A stretch of DNA of 64,000 bases from Escherichia coli (GCF_050920415.1 NZ_CP169309.1), one strand, 5' to 3'; shown: positions 42,270 through 54,794, counted from the stretch's first letter. Translations and numbers: made by a program. Notes: generated from the sequence alone by a model not told the origin.

Positions 42270-44092
42270 ACAGTCTGATTTCCCTGCGGGTTGATCGGTA
42301 AAATAAGCGTGAAGGTTGCGCCGTAGCCCGGCAAACTGGCGACGCGAATATCACCCTGATGGGCATTAATGATGCGTTGACTTAACGCCAGACCAAGCCC
42401 GGTTCCTGAGGCTTTGGTAGTGAAAAAGGGATCGAAGATCTTTTTTTGCAGCGAGAGATCAATGCCACTGCCGTTGTCCTCTATCGAAATGGCCTGTTGT
42501 GAGTCGCTATACTGCCAGGTTCGAATGCGAATTTTCCCTCGTGCACTGATAGCCTGGACGGCATTGATCAGGATATTCAGTAGTACCTGTTTGAGCAGTT
42601 CACGATCGGCGCTAATCGGGCTTAATTCATTATCCAGTTCGCTTATGAAGTCGACCCGCGCTTGTACGCCGGCGGTTTGTACCAGTACCAGAGTTTCTTC
42701 AACCAATGCATTGAGGCTGACTTGTTGCCATTGACTGTGGCGTGGGCGTGAAAATTCGAGCAATTGCTGAATAACTTTGTTAATTGAATCGATTTCTTTG
42801 AGTACTACGGACAGATATTCCTGATGTATTGGGTCACTGGTTTGTTGGCGCAAGATCTGTACATAACCACGAATAGCCGTTAACGGATTACGTACTTCAT
42901 GCGCCACGCCAGCCATCAGCTCACCCAGTGTGGCGAGGCGTTCAGCTTGCGCCATGCGGCGTTGGGTTTCTTTGCGGGCAGTTAAATCAGAGAAAATCAC
43001 CAAAGCACCAATCATTTCACCATGCGTATTATGAATACGACTGGTAGTGACACTGAGTTCAATGGTGCGCTCACGGCCTGGAAAACTGATCTCCAGCGCC
43101 ACATGTTCGGTGCCATGTTCCAGCGTATCCAGTACTGGACTGTAGAACGGAGTATTGTCGAACAACATGGAGTAAGGCTGCCCTACCAATTCATGACGTT
43201 GATAGCCAGTGATGACTTCTGCTGCCGGGTTCATGGTGGTTACATCACCCTGGCGGTCAATGGCAATGACGCCATCGGCAGCGTTTTCAATAATCAGATC
43301 GTTAAGTGTTCGCGTTTCACGCAGTGCCTGGGCGAGGTTGTTGACACTCTGACTAATTTGCCCCATTTCACCGGGCAATTGTGGTAATCGAGTGGGAATA
43401 TTTTGCGCCAGAGTCGCGAGACCATCGGTGATGATATCTATATTGGCGCTCAGGCGACGGGAGAAAAGGACAATCAACAGCAGGCTTATCAGCAAACCGG
43501 CGGTGAGCACAATGATAATCCTCACATCCATTTTCCAGGCCTGGCGGCGAATATCTTCGGTTAATTCATTGGCCCAGATATAGCCGAGGATTTCACCATT
43601 ACGCTCAATGGGGATCATTGAATTCAAAATATCGCCGCGCACCTGCCTGCCTGAATAAATCAAAGGAGTATTTGTACGCATGACTTCGCGACCAGGGTGA
43701 TCTGCGGCAATAGTAACGCCCACATTATTCTGATACAGCGCTGAAGGCGCGTAAGTGATTATCGCATCCAGCGTTTTGTTGTAATAACCAGCGCCTATGC
43801 CAGGAAAGGCGTGAGTGATATTTTCAGTAATGGGAGCAAGTTCTGCATTCAGTGCGTGGATTCGCTCCTCACGTGGTAAGTCGTTGTAGAGATCGTAGCG
43901 ATCGCCTAGCGCCTGATTAAGCAGGTTGACCACGGCAGAAAGTTTTTTCTCTTTTTCAGATAAGACTGCTGAACGTCCTTCCGTTTCTACGATATAACCA
44001 ATAGTAAGCGTTGGGACAATGACCATCAGGATTGCCATCAGGATCATTTGATTGCGTAAGCGGCGTGGATAAATCCACTTCATATAATGCAT
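42266..44092 (-). CDS. atoS: Sensor histidine kinase AtoS
   Basis: ORF 42266..44104; start placed at ATG 44092 (MHYMKWIYPRRLRNQMILMAILMV...); H-box (HEVRNPLTAIRG), PAS-like segment and HATPase motifs; overlaps atoC start by 4 nt. Confidence 0.9.
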   Translation of the reverse strand: MHYMKWIYPRRLRNQMILMAILMVIVPTLTIGYIVETEGRSAVLSEKEKKLSAVVNLLNQALGDRYDLYNDLPREERIHALNAELAPITENITHAFPGIGAGYYNKTLDAIITYAPSALYQNNVGVTIAADHPGREVMRTNTPLIYSGRQVRGDILNSMIPIERNGEILGYIWANELTEDIRRQAWKMDVRIIIVLTAGLLISLLLIVLFSRRLSANIDIITDGLATLAQNIPTRLPQLPGEMGQISQSVNNLAQALRETRTLNDLIIENAADGVIAIDRQGDVTTMNPAAEVITGYQRHELVGQPYSMLFDNTPFYSPVLDTLEHGTEHVALEISFPGRERTIELSVTTSRIHNTHGEMIGALVIFSDLTARKETQRRMAQAERLATLGELMAGVAHEVRNPLTAIRGYVQILRQQTSDPIHQEYLSVVLKEIDSINKVIQQLLEFSRPRHSQWQQVSLNALVEETLVLVQTAGVQARVDFISELDNELSPISADRELLKQVLLNILINAVQAISARGKIRIRTWQYSDSQQAISIEDNGSGIDLSLQKKIFDPFFTTKASGTGLGLALSQRIINAHQGDIRVASLPGYGATFTLILPINPQGNQTV

Positions 44093-44258
44093 GCTGAATC
44101 CCACTAGTCTTGTCCGGTATATGACGATTATCAGAGGTTAAGGTGATGATTTCTCGGCGGTGTATCATATTCCAGAGAAGAGAGAACATTGCGGTAACAC
44201 GCTTTTACCGCTACCTTAACCACACTCCATCGGTCACCTGAGGCGGAGCTTCGCCCCT

Positions 44259-47108
44259 TTGAAATACCTTGCTTCTTTTCGTACAACCCTGAAAGCCTCG
44301 CGCTACATGTTCAGAGCATTGGCGTTAGTGCTCTGGCTGTTGATTGCTTTTTCATCCGTTTTTTACATCGTTAATGCGTTGCATCAGCGAGAATCGGAAA
44401 TTCGTCAGGAATTTAATCTGAGTTCCGATCAGGCTCAGCGCTTTATTCAACGCACCTCTGATGTGATGAAAGAGCTGAAGTACATAGCTGAAAATCGCTT
44501 ATCGGCAGAAAACGGTGTGCTTTCGCCGCGTGGACGAGAAACGCAGGCAGATGTGCCTGTGTTTGAACCACTGTTTGCCGACTCCGATTGTTCCGCAATG
44601 AGTAACACCTGGCGAGGTTCTCTGGAGTCATTGGCGTGGTTTATGCGCTACTGGCGCGATAATTTCTCTGCGGCTTACGATCTCAACCGGGTATTTTTAA
44701 TCGGCAGCGATAACCTCTGCATGGCCAATTTCGGTCTACGTGATATGCCAGTGGAACGCGATACCGCATTGAAAGCTTTGCATGAACGCATCAATAAATA
44801 TCGAAATGCACCACAAGATGATAGCGGCAGTAACCTCTACTGGATCAGCGAAGGTCCGCGCCCTGGCGTCGGGTATTTTTACGCCTTGACGCCAGTTTAT
44901 CTGGCGAACCGGTTGCAGGCGCTTTTGGGTGTCGAGCAGACCATCAGGATGGAGAACTTCTTCTTACCTGGTACGTTGCCGATGGGGGTAACCATTCTTG
45001 ATGAAAATGGTCATACCCTGATTTCGCTTACCGGACCGGAAAGCAAGATTAAGAGCGATCCTCGCTGGATGCAGGAACGTTCCTGGTTTGGCTATACGGA
45101 AGGGTTCAGGGAACTGGTGCTGAAGAAAAACCTGCCACCTTCATCGTTAAGCATCGTCTATTCGGTGCCGGTTGATAAGGTGCTGGAGCGCATTCGCATG
45201 TTGATCCTTAACGCGATTTTACTGAATGTGCTTGCCGGAGCCGCGTTGTTTACTCTCGCACGGATGTACGAGCGGCGTATATTCATTCCTGCGGAAAGCG
45301 ACGCCCTGCGACTGGAAGAGCACGAGCAGTTTAATCGCAAGATTGTCGCTTCCGCGCCAGTGGGTATCTGCATTTTGCGTACCGCTGATGGCGTTAATAT
45401 TTTAAGTAACGAACTTGCGCATACCTATCTCAATATGCTTACGCATGAGGATCGCCAACGACTGACGCAAATTATCTGTGGTCAGCAGGTCAATTTTGTT
45501 GATGTCCTGACCAGCAACAATACCAATCTGCAAATCAGCTTCGTCCATTCGCGCTATCGTAATGAAAACGTCGCCATTTGTGTGCTGGTGGATGTTTCTT
45601 CGCGCGTGAAGATGGAAGAGTCGTTGCAGGAGATGGCACAAGCAGCGGAACAGGCGAGCCAGTCAAAATCGATGTTCCTTGCCACCGTCAGTCATGAGCT
45701 GCGAACGCCGCTATATGGCATTATCGGTAACCTGGATCTTTTGCAAACCAAAGAGTTACCGAAAGGCGTCGATCGTCTGGTGACGGCAATGAACAACTCT
45801 TCCAGCCTGTTGTTGAAAATTATCAGCGATATTCTCGACTTCTCGAAGATTGAATCGGAACAGTTGAAGATCGAACCGCGTGAGTTTTCACCGCGTGAAG
45901 TGATGAACCACATCACCGCCAACTATTTGCCGCTGGTGGTACGCAAGCAGCTAGGCTTGTACTGCTTTATTGAACCGGATGTGCCAGTGGCCTTAAATGG
46001 CGACCCAATGCGTTTACAGCAGGTCATCTCCAACCTGTTGAGTAACGCCATAAAATTCACCGATACCGGCTGTATAGTTCTGCATGTTCGAGCTGATGGC
46101 GATTATCTCTCTATCCGCGTTCGCGATACCGGCGTAGGGATTCCGGCGAAAGAAGTGGTGCGCTTGTTTGATCCCTTCTTCCAGGTCGGAACGGGCGTAC
46201 AGCGAAACTTCCAGGGGACCGGTCTGGGTCTGGCGATTTGTGAAAAACTGATCAGCATGATGGACGGCGATATCTCGGTAGATTCAGAACCGGGAATGGG
46301 CAGCCAGTTTACCGTGCGTATTCCGTTGTACGGCGCTCAGTACCCGCAGAAAAAAGGCGTGGAAGGGTTGAGTGGTAAACGCTGCTGGCTGGCGGTCCGC
46401 AATGCGTCGCTCTGTCAGTTCCTGGAAACCAGTTTGCAGCGCAGCGGCATAGTCGTTACAACATACGAAGGGCAGGAACCGACTCCCGAAGATGTGTTAA
46501 TCACTGACGAGGTAGTGAGCAAAAAATGGCAGGGTAGAGCGGTAGTGACCTTCTGTCGTCGCCATATTGGTATTCCGCTGGAGAAAGCGCCAGGGGAGTG
46601 GGTACACAGTGTGGCTGCACCGCATGAGCTACCGGCATTGTTGGCGCGTATTTATTTGATCGAGATAGAGAGCGATGATCCTGCTAACGCTCTGCCGTCG
46701 ACGGACAAAGCGGTCAGCGATAACGACGATATGATGATTCTGGTCGTGGATGATCATCCGATTAACCGGCGTCTGCTGGCAGATCAGTTGGGATCGCTGG
46801 GCTATCAATGTAAAACCGCGAATGATGGCGTCGATGCGCTTAATGTACTTAGCAAGAATCATATTGATATCGTGCTTAGCGACGTCAACATGCCAAATAT
46901 GGATGGTTACCGCTTGACGCAACGCATTCGTCAGTTGGGGCTGACGTTGCCGGTAATCGGAGTAACTGCTAATGCGCTGGCTGAAGAGAAGCAGCGGTGT
47001 CTGGAGTCCGGTATGGACAGCTGCCTGTCGAAGCCGGTAACGCTGGATGTGATAAAACAGACACTGACGGTATATGCCGAGAGGGTTCGGAAATCGCGGG
47101 AATCGTAG
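44259..47108 (+). CDS. rcsC: Hybrid sensor kinase RcsC
   Basis: 949-aa ORF; H-box (SHELRTPLYGI), HATPase domain and C-terminal receiver domain (MMILVVDDHPINRRL...D). Confidence 0.95.
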   Translation: MKYLASFRTTLKASRYMFRALALVLWLLIAFSSVFYIVNALHQRESEIRQEFNLSSDQAQRFIQRTSDVMKELKYIAENRLSAENGVLSPRGRETQADVPVFEPLFADSDCSAMSNTWRGSLESLAWFMRYWRDNFSAAYDLNRVFLIGSDNLCMANFGLRDMPVERDTALKALHERINKYRNAPQDDSGSNLYWISEGPRPGVGYFYALTPVYLANRLQALLGVEQTIRMENFFLPGTLPMGVTILDENGHTLISLTGPESKIKSDPRWMQERSWFGYTEGFRELVLKKNLPPSSLSIVYSVPVDKVLERIRMLILNAILLNVLAGAALFTLARMYERRIFIPAESDALRLEEHEQFNRKIVASAPVGICILRTADGVNILSNELAHTYLNMLTHEDRQRLTQIICGQQVNFVDVLTSNNTNLQISFVHSRYRNENVAICVLVDVSSRVKMEESLQEMAQAAEQASQSKSMFLATVSHELRTPLYGIIGNLDLLQTKELPKGVDRLVTAMNNSSSLLLKIISDILDFSKIESEQLKIEPREFSPREVMNHITANYLPLVVRKQLGLYCFIEPDVPVALNGDPMRLQQVISNLLSNAIKFTDTGCIVLHVRADGDYLSIRVRDTGVGIPAKEVVRLFDPFFQVGTGVQRNFQGTGLGLAICEKLISMMDGDISVDSEPGMGSQFTVRIPLYGAQYPQKKGVEGLSGKRCWLAVRNASLCQFLETSLQRSGIVVTTYEGQEPTPEDVLITDEVVSKKWQGRAVVTFCRRHIGIPLEKAPGEWVHSVAAPHELPALLARIYLIEIESDDPANALPSTDKAVSDNDDMMILVVDDHPINRRLLADQLGSLGYQCKTANDGVDALNVLSKNHIDIVLSDVNMPNMDGYRLTQRIRQLGLTLPVIGVTANALAEEKQRCLESGMDSCLSKPVTLDVIKQTLTVYAERVRKSRES

Positions 47109-47306
<198 letters not shown>

Positions 47307-47957
47307 TTAGTCTTTATCTGCCGGACTTAAGGTCACAGAAGAGAGATAATTCAGCAGAGCAATATCGTTCTCGACACCCAGCTTCATCATCGCAGATTTC
47401 TTCTGGCTACTGATGGTTTTGATACTGCGGTTCAGCTTTTTAGCGATCTCGGTCACCAGGAAGCCTTCCGCAAACAGGCGCAGAACTTCACTCTCTTTTG
47501 GCGAGAGACGCTTGTCACCATAACCGCCAGCACTGATTTTTTCTAACAGGCGAGAAACGCTTTCCGGGGTAAATTTCTTCCCTTTCTGCAGCGCGGCGAG
47601 AGCTTTCGGCAGATCGGTCGGTGCACCTTGTTTCAGCACGATCCCTTCGATATCCAGATCCAATACCGCACTAAGAATCGCCGGGTTGTTGTTCATGGTC
47701 AGAACGATGATCGACAGGCTTGGGAAATGGCGCTTGATGTACTTGATTAAGGTAATTCCATCGCCGTACTTATCGCCAGGCATGGAGAGATCGGTAATCA
47801 ACACATGCGCATCCAGTTTCGGCAGGTTGTTGATCAGTGCTGTAGAGTCTTCAAATTCGCCGACAACATTCACCCACTCAATTTGCTCAAGTGATTTGCG
47901 AATACCGAACAAGACTATCGGATGGTCATCGGCAATAATTACGTTCATATTGTTCAT
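47307..47957 (-). CDS. rcsB: Response regulator RcsB (LuxR/FixJ family)
   Basis: ORF 47307..48002; start placed at ATG 47957 (MNNMNVIIADDHPIVLFGIRKSL...); 216 codons; C-terminal LuxR-type HTH. Confidence 0.95.
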   Translation of the reverse strand: MNNMNVIIADDHPIVLFGIRKSLEQIEWVNVVGEFEDSTALINNLPKLDAHVLITDLSMPGDKYGDGITLIKYIKRHFPSLSIIVLTMNNNPAILSAVLDLDIEGIVLKQGAPTDLPKALAALQKGKKFTPESVSRLLEKISAGGYGDKRLSPKESEVLRLFAEGFLVTEIAKKLNRSIKTISSQKKSAMMKLGVENDIALLNYLSSVTLSPADKD

Positions 47958-47973
47958 GTAATAGGCTACCTTG

Positions 47974-50646
47974 CTACAGCAAGCTCTTGACATAACTGTC
48001 AATGTCGCTGATGTATTTTTCTATTCCTGGAACATCCTTCTCACGAATCAGATGTTCCAGCGTTTCACATAACTGCTTGCCGGGTACCAGATTTAGCATG
48101 GCAAATACGCCTTTAAGACGATGAGCCGTTTGGGCTAACGCAGCAAAGTCACTGGTTGCTGCTTCAGTATACAGCCTCTTAACATCATCCGGTACTGTGT
48201 CTACAAAGAGCGCATAATAGCCGCTGGCATGGAGTTGCGCATTTTCATCTCCGCCCAGAGGCGATTCTGTCACCTCTTCCTGCGCCAGTTGCACTTCAAT
48301 TAATTGTAAGACCGCTTCCTGCATAGCGTTGCTCATATTGAAGTTGACGCACAATTGACCAGGCCCAATTTCCCGTACGCCAGACTCATCATCGCTTAAA
48401 AGCAAGCCAGAGGCAGTAAGATTAGACGGATTATCCGTTAAAAAGATATCATAATCTTGACTAATTAATCTTTCATCGGGTGTGATACAGGTTGCACCCC
48501 AATTTTCTAACTGGCGAGTGACAATATTCCGAATTTCTGCCGAAGTAACATCCACCATTATGCAGACATCATCCAGTAATCGTTCTTCTTCCTCTTCAAC
48601 TTCCGGGTCAGCTGCGAGCATTTTGATATGCACAGAGTAGCGTGTACCAAGCCCATCCCGCGTTTTGATGTTTAAATGACCGCCCAGTTTACGCGCCAGT
48701 TGATCGCTCAACCAGAATGCCAGCGGGTCGGCCTTGCCATAGCGATCGTTTTGGGTCCGGTTGATAAACGGGAAGTGCAAATTATCCATTTCATGAATGC
48801 TTACGCCTTCTCCGGTGTCCAGAATGCGGAACGTCAGGCGGTCTTCGGAGGACTCATCCTGATCAACCTCAAGGGTGATTTTTCCCAATTGCGTTGAGGT
48901 CACGGCATATTGCATCAGTAGTAGCAAAATACGTCGTAAGGCATCGCGATCGCCGCGGCGCATATCGTGTGCTTTCAGATGATTGTTAATCAGCAGTTGC
49001 AGACCTTTACGCTTGATGGCAGGCAATACTGAAGGCACAACTTCATCAATCAAATCCTGCACGGAGAACAGCTCCGTCTCACTTTTCCAGCTATCGTCCG
49101 CAAGCATATTCGCTAACTGTATTTCATCGACCAGCCGCACCAGCACATCTGCCTGATTCGCCAGTTGTTTGCCTTCCGGGGCGTTGAGTTTAGCCGCGCT
49201 CTCCGCCAGGGACTGTGCGGGTTCTTTCAGCGCATCGCCAATGTTTTTCATAAAGGTCATCCGCCCCTGCTGGTTTTTCTCATACAGACGCTGCGCCTGC
49301 TTGAGTTTCTTGTTTACCAGCACTTCGCGATCCTGATCGCGAATAATGAAAATTTGTGTGCGCGGCGCAACCTGGCTGCGGAACATGCGGATCTCATACA
49401 GCTCGTTATTGATCGTCGCCTGAATAATCCCCTGATGCTGTTCCGCCATGGTGGTGATGTTTTGCAGATTTAAATGCGGCAGCAGGTGATCGGCAATTTT
49501 GTTACTTATGACCGTGCGGTTCGATTCCTGATCGTGAACCAGCAGGCCGAGCGGCAGCAGTGAGACTATCTCTTCATTAATTGCCCGTAAAATGCGCAAT
49601 TCGTTATTGACCGCCGTGCTGGGGACGCTTTCTGTACTGCGGCTGGAGAAATGGCGGAATGTGGTATAGCCAAATAACGCCAGCGCCAGCAAACCGATGT
49701 TCAGCAGCAGTGGCAGCAGAATGTTTTGCAACGTATCCAGCAATAAGGTGCCATAAGGAACCTGCCAGACCAGGCGCATATCGGTAGAGTTGAGTGCCGA
49801 GGAGATTTCAATCTTCGTACTGTTAAAGTGGATACTGACGCTATCCGTCCCTTCTTTCTCATTTTCATTGTTTCCCGTTGCCGTCGCGTCTGGCTCAAGG
49901 CGGAAACTGTCCAGCGGCATACCCGGTGGGATCAAATCATTAATCGGCAGATCAAAAGCAACGACCGTTGCCAGATGTCCCGGCTGGTTGAACGTGGTAC
50001 GCAAGGTAAAGTAATGACCGTTCTGCCAGGCCAGGCGGCGCAGGTTAGAAAAACTTTCGCGTTCATCGAGCGCGTTGGCCTGTTGCAACATCTCTGCGCG
50101 ACGTGAATCAACAATGTCGCTGACGGTCGATTCTTTAAATCCGGAGGTGAGATCTTTGAGGGGCAGGGTCGAGATCAGTACCAGACTGTTATCCTGACCA
50201 TTCAGGTAATACATCGACCACGGTACATTTTCTGCGCCCCACAATGTGTCCAGATAGGTGGACATCCGTTGAGTCATCTCAAGCGTTGAGTTGTCGTGAG
50301 AGCCAAAGATTAACGCTTCCGTTTTGCGGCGTGGTTTTTCCAGATAGTAGACATCCTGTTTCAGGCGCGTCTCTTGTAAACCTTCGCCGGAGGAGGGGGA
50401 GGTCGTCGCGGCAATGTTGTCGTAGATCTGCCAGGTCACGTAACGCCAGGTATCGACGCGCTTTTGGATTGCGTGGGTAATGTCGACAATCTGGTAACTT
50501 TTATCTTTCAGCCAGGCGTTAACGGCGCTTTGCACCATTACACCCATCGTCACCAGTAACACAATGATCAACAGTAAAAAGAAGCGGGTAATGCTCCCCG
50601 GTAGGAGTGAAAAGCGGGTCGTGGCCGTTGTCTCTTTCTGACGCAT
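47974..50646 (-). CDS. rcsD: Phosphotransfer intermediate RcsD
   Basis: 890-aa ORF beginning MRQKETTATTRFSLLPGSITRFFLLLIIVLLV... with a C-terminal HPt domain (AHRLKG). Confidence 0.93.
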   Translation of the reverse strand: MRQKETTATTRFSLLPGSITRFFLLLIIVLLVTMGVMVQSAVNAWLKDKSYQIVDITHAIQKRVDTWRYVTWQIYDNIAATTSPSSGEGLQETRLKQDVYYLEKPRRKTEALIFGSHDNSTLEMTQRMSTYLDTLWGAENVPWSMYYLNGQDNSLVLISTLPLKDLTSGFKESTVSDIVDSRRAEMLQQANALDERESFSNLRRLAWQNGHYFTLRTTFNQPGHLATVVAFDLPINDLIPPGMPLDSFRLEPDATATGNNENEKEGTDSVSIHFNSTKIEISSALNSTDMRLVWQVPYGTLLLDTLQNILLPLLLNIGLLALALFGYTTFRHFSSRSTESVPSTAVNNELRILRAINEEIVSLLPLGLLVHDQESNRTVISNKIADHLLPHLNLQNITTMAEQHQGIIQATINNELYEIRMFRSQVAPRTQIFIIRDQDREVLVNKKLKQAQRLYEKNQQGRMTFMKNIGDALKEPAQSLAESAAKLNAPEGKQLANQADVLVRLVDEIQLANMLADDSWKSETELFSVQDLIDEVVPSVLPAIKRKGLQLLINNHLKAHDMRRGDRDALRRILLLLMQYAVTSTQLGKITLEVDQDESSEDRLTFRILDTGEGVSIHEMDNLHFPFINRTQNDRYGKADPLAFWLSDQLARKLGGHLNIKTRDGLGTRYSVHIKMLAADPEVEEEEERLLDDVCIMVDVTSAEIRNIVTRQLENWGATCITPDERLISQDYDIFLTDNPSNLTASGLLLSDDESGVREIGPGQLCVNFNMSNAMQEAVLQLIEVQLAQEEVTESPLGGDENAQLHASGYYALFVDTVPDDVKRLYTEAATSDFAALAQTAHRLKGVFAMLNLVPGKQLCETLEHLIREKDVPGIEKYISDIDSYVKSLL

Positions 50647-50948
50647 TCGTGTTTATGACCTGTTAAAACTTCGCGAAGTGATAGGGCAGTATAAAGGGTA
50701 CAGTGTGAAATTCCAGACTCTTACCTGATTGATGATTCTCTATTCTCCCGTGATATTTATCATCCTGCATTGGGGGAAATAGATGTACAAGTGCCATTTT
50801 GCTGTACAAATAACCTACAAAAAGCCTAACGAAATTAATTGCAAATAAACGAAGATTGCTGGAAATTATGCTGATGTTAATTATTTGTGAAATAGTTAAC
50901 AAGCGTTATAGTTTTTCTGTGGTAGCACAGAATAATGAAAAGTGTGTA

Positions 50949-51051
50949 AAGAAGGGTAAAAAAAAACCGGATGCGAGGCATCCGGTTGAAATAGGGGTAA
51001 ACAGACATTCAGAAATGAATGACGGTAATAAATAAAGTTAATGATGATAGC
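50949..51051 (-). ncRNA. micF: MicF antisense sRNA (represses ompF translation)
   Basis: Minus strand reads GCTATCATCATTAACTTTATTTATTACCGTCATTCATTTCTGAATGTCTGTTTACCCCTATTTCAACCGGATGCCTCGCATCCGG followed by a T-run, matching my recollection of micF with its terminator hairpin; divergent from ompC. Confidence 0.85.
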
Positions 51052-51370
51052 GGGAGATATTCTAGTTGCGAGTGAAGGTTTTGTTTTGACATTCAGTGCT
51101 GTCAAATACTTAAGAATAAGTTATTGATTTTAACCTTGAATTATTATTGCTTGATGTTAGGTGCTTATTTCGCCATTCCGCAATAATCTTAAAAAGTTCC
51201 CTTGTATTTACATTCTGAAACATCTATAGCGATAAATGAAACATCTTAAAAGTTTTAGTATCATATTCGTGTTGGATTATTCTGCATTTTTGGGGAGAAT
51301 GGACTTGCCGACTGATTAATGAGGGTTAATCAGTATGCAGTGGCATAAAAAAGCAAATAAAGGCATATAA

Positions 51371-52489
<1,119 letters not shown>

Positions 52490-52507
52490 TCTCGATTGAT
52501 ATCGAAC

Positions 52508-52531
52508 AAAGGGCCTGCGGGCCCTTTTTTC
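52508..52531 (+). terminator. Rho-independent terminator after ompC
   Basis: aaagggcctgcgggccc followed by TTTTTT about 20 nt after the ompC stop. Confidence 0.8.
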
Positions 52532-52600
52532 ATTGTTTTCAGCGTACAAACACAGTTTTTTGGTGTACTCTTGCGACCGTTCGCATGAGGATAATCACGT

Positions 52601-53656
52601 ATGGAAATAAGCTTTACCCGCGTGGCACTGCTGGCTGCCGCGCTCTTCTTTGTTGGTTGCGATCAAAAACCACAACCCGCCAAAACCCACGCTATTGAAG
52701 TTACCGTTCTCGAAGGCAAAACCATGGGTACCTTCTGGCGTGCCAGCATTCCGGGCATTGACGCCAAACGCAGTGCCGAACTTAAAGAAAAGATTCAGAC
52801 CCAGCTGGACGCCGACGATCAGCTGCTTTCGACCTATAAAAAAGATTCCGCGCTGATGCGATTTAACGACTCGCAAAGTTTATCGCCGTGGCCGGTAAGT
52901 GAAGCGATGGCCGATATCGTCACCACCTCGCTGCGCATTGGCGCAAGGACCGATGGTGCGATGGATATAACCGTCGGGCCGCTGGTGAATCTGTGGGGCT
53001 TTGGCCCGGAACAACAGCCGGTTCAAATTCCCAGCCAGGAACAAATTGATGCGATGAAAGCCAAAACCGGCTTACAGCACCTGACGGTCATTAATCAGTC
53101 GCATCAGCAATATCTGCAAAAAGACCTGCCGGATTTATATGTCGATCTCTCCACCGTCGGCGAAGGCTATGCGGCGGATCATCTGGCACGCTTGATGGAG
53201 CAGGAAGGGATTTCCCGCTATCTGGTGTCGGTGGGCGGCGCGCTGAACAGCCGTGGTATGAACGCTGAAGGCCAGCCGTGGCGGGTAGCGATTCAAAAAC
53301 CGACCGATCAGGAAAATGCGGTTCAGGCCGTGGTGGATATCAACGGTCATGGCATTAGCACCTCTGGCAGCTACCGTAACTATTACGAACTGGACGGCAA
53401 ACGTCTTTCTCATGTTATCGATCCGCAAACCGGGCGTCCCATCGAACACAATCTGGTATCCGTAACGGTGATTGCTCCGACGGCGCAGGAAGCCGATGCC
53501 TGGGATACTGGCTTAATGGTACTGGGGCCGGAGAAAGCCAAAGAGGTTGTTCGCCGGGAAGGGCTGGCGGTTTACATGATCACCAAAGAAGGCGATAGCT
53601 TTAAAACCTGGATGTCACCACAGTTTAAAAGCTTCCTTGTCAGCGAAAAAAATTAA
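52601..53656 (+). CDS. apbE: FAD:protein FMN transferase (ApbE/Ftp)
   Basis: 351-aa ORF with GAGGA RBS; lipoprotein-like signal peptide (ALLAAALFFVGC). Confidence 0.9.
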   Translation: MEISFTRVALLAAALFFVGCDQKPQPAKTHAIEVTVLEGKTMGTFWRASIPGIDAKRSAELKEKIQTQLDADDQLLSTYKKDSALMRFNDSQSLSPWPVSEAMADIVTTSLRIGARTDGAMDITVGPLVNLWGFGPEQQPVQIPSQEQIDAMKAKTGLQHLTVINQSHQQYLQKDLPDLYVDLSTVGEGYAADHLARLMEQEGISRYLVSVGGALNSRGMNAEGQPWRVAIQKPTDQENAVQAVVDINGHGISTSGSYRNYYELDGKRLSHVIDPQTGRPIEHNLVSVTVIAPTAQEADAWDTGLMVLGPEKAKEVVRREGLAVYMITKEGDSFKTWMSPQFKSFLVSEKN

Positions 53657-53729
53657 AGCGCAAGATTGTTGGTTTTTGTGCGATGGTGACCGGGCAGACT
53701 AAAGGCTATCCTTAACCTGGGAGCTGATT

Positions 53730-54794
53730 ATGAAAAACGCCACATGCTTAACTGACGATCAACGCTGGCAATCTGTCTTAGCCCGCGACCCGAACGCCGA
53801 CGGCGAATTCGTTTTCGCCGTGCGCACCACGGGTATCTTTTGCCGTCCGTCTTGCCGAGCCAGACATGCCTTGCGGGAAAATGTCTCCTTCTACGCAAAT
53901 GCCAGCGAGGCACTCGCCGCCGGATTTCGCCCCTGCAAACGTTGTCAGCCAGACAAAGCCAATCCCCGGCAACATCGCCTTGATAAAATTACCCACGCCT
54001 GCCGACTGCTGGAACAGGAAACGCCTGTAACGCTGGAAGCCTTAGCCGACCAGGTGGCGATGAGTCCGTTCCATCTGCATCGGTTGTTTAAAGCGACTAC
54101 CGGAATGACGCCTAAAGCCTGGCAACAGGCCTGGCGCGCTCGCCGTTTGCGTGAATCGCTGGCGAAAGGGGAGAGCGTGACGACGTCTATTCTTAACGCC
54201 GGATTCCCCGACAGCAGCAGTTACTACCGCAAAGCTGACGAAACGCTGGGCATGACGGCTAAACAATTCCGTCATGGTGGCGAAAATCTGGCGGTGCGTT
54301 ACGCGCTGGCTGATTGTGAGCTGGGCCGTTGCCTGGTGGCAGAAAGCGAGCGGGGGATTTGCGCGATATTGCTGGGCGATGATGACGCGACGCTAATCAG
54401 CGAGTTGCAGCAGATGTTTCCCGCTGCCGACAACGCGCCTGCCGATCTGCCGTTTCAGCAACATGTGCGTGAAGTGATCGCCAGCCTCAATCAACGCGAT
54501 ACGCCGCTGACGTTACCGCTGGACATTCGCGGCACTGCTTTTCAGCAACAAGTCTGGCAGGCACTGCGCACGATACCTTGTGGTGAAACCGTCAGTTATC
54601 AGCAACTGGCGAACGCCATCGGCAAACCGAAAGCGGTACGGGCCGTTGCCAGCGCCTGTGCAGCCAACAAGCTCGCTATCGTAATACCCTGTCATCGGGT
54701 AGTCCGTGGTGATGGCACACTTTCCGGTTACCGCTGGGGCGTGTCGCGCAAAGCGCAACTGCTGCGCCGTGAAGCTGAAAATGAGGAGAGGTAA
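53730..54794 (+). CDS. ada: Bifunctional Ada regulator / O6-methylguanine-DNA methyltransferase
   Basis: 354-aa ORF; N-terminal Cys cluster (CRPSCRAR...CKRCQP), AraC-type HTH, C-terminal active site PCHRV. Confidence 0.95.
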   Translation: MKNATCLTDDQRWQSVLARDPNADGEFVFAVRTTGIFCRPSCRARHALRENVSFYANASEALAAGFRPCKRCQPDKANPRQHRLDKITHACRLLEQETPVTLEALADQVAMSPFHLHRLFKATTGMTPKAWQQAWRARRLRESLAKGESVTTSILNAGFPDSSSYYRKADETLGMTAKQFRHGGENLAVRYALADCELGRCLVAESERGICAILLGDDDATLISELQQMFPAADNAPADLPFQQHVREVIASLNQRDTPLTLPLDIRGTAFQQQVWQALRTIPCGETVSYQQLANAIGKPKAVRAVASACAANKLAIVIPCHRVVRGDGTLSGYRWGVSRKAQLLRREAENEER

